This document shows, piece by piece, positions 63,650 through 64,000 of a stretch of DNA of 64,000 nucleotides. Both the position numbers and the translations under genes were made by a program. The notes beneath the pieces are model-generated. The model did not search any database and was not told where the DNA came from. It was given only the letters and a program-made list of their open reading frames with translations. The first letter of the stretch is position 1, and each line of letters begins with the position of its first letter. The DNA is from Macrostomum lignano (taxonomy: Eukaryota), in NCBI GenBank assembly GCA_002269645.1, contig NIVC01000827.1, forward strand, positions 524,484 through 588,483. The letters run 5' to 3'.

Positions 63650-64000
63650 CCTCAGGGTGAGATTCTTTGCTATCACAGTCTCAGGGTGAGATTCTCTGGT
63701 ATCATAGTCTCAGGGTGAGATTCTCTGTTATCACAGTCTCAGGGTGAGATTCTCAGTTATCAGTCTCAGAGTGGGATTCTCTGTTATCACAGTCTCAGGG
63801 TGAGATTCTCTGCTATCACAGTCTCAGAGTGGGATTCTCTGTTATCACAGTCTCAGGGTGAGATTCTCTTTTACTAGGCTCAGGGTGCGATTCTCTTTTA
63901 CCAGTCTCAGGGTGAGATTCTCTTTTACTAGGCTCAGGGTGCGATTCTCTTTTACCAGTCTCAGGGTGAGATTCTCTTTTACCAGTCTCAGGATGAGATA
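63650..64000. repeat. Minisatellite, ~29-bp unit (CACAGTCTCAGGGTGAGATTCTCTGTTAT), probably in SCAPER intron 3
   Basis: Read directly; truncated by the window end. Confidence 0.92.

Overview
Repeat-rich genomic DNA from a metazoan eukaryote. It has GT-AG spliceosomal introns and interstitial TTAGGG repeats, so it is probably not an insect. A free-living flatworm is my guess, not a result. Six host genes can be reconstructed by hand: IMPAD1/BPNT2 (3 coding exons, -), an intronless invertebrate claudin (-), ZNHIT2 (+), SLC39A11/ZIP11 (2 exons, +), an Amt ammonium transporter (7 exons, 508 aa, -) and the 5' part of SCAPER (+). Between them lie a near-intact Merlin transposon (159-bp TIRs, 8-bp TSD), an intron-containing Mutator-like pseudo-transposase, a mariner relic, two hAT-type non-autonomous elements with 8-bp TSDs, Helitron-like elements carrying satellites and telomeric repeats, a degraded Gypsy element with a tRNA-Leu PBS, several MITEs, and a fold-back Penelope-like remnant with two hammerhead ribozyme motifs. 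Three features stand out. (1) Every reconstructed host-gene intron holds its own unrelated tandem array. (2) Three of six genes lack a usable in-frame ATG at their conserved N-terminus and sit in closely spaced same-strand pairs, which would fit spliced-leader trans-splicing with an SL-donated AUG and operons; cis exons or assembly errors are not excluded. (3) The hammerheads sit inside a long hairpin. Most long ORFs in the supplied track are artefacts of tandem repeats. Coordinates of repeat arrays and degraded elements are approximate.
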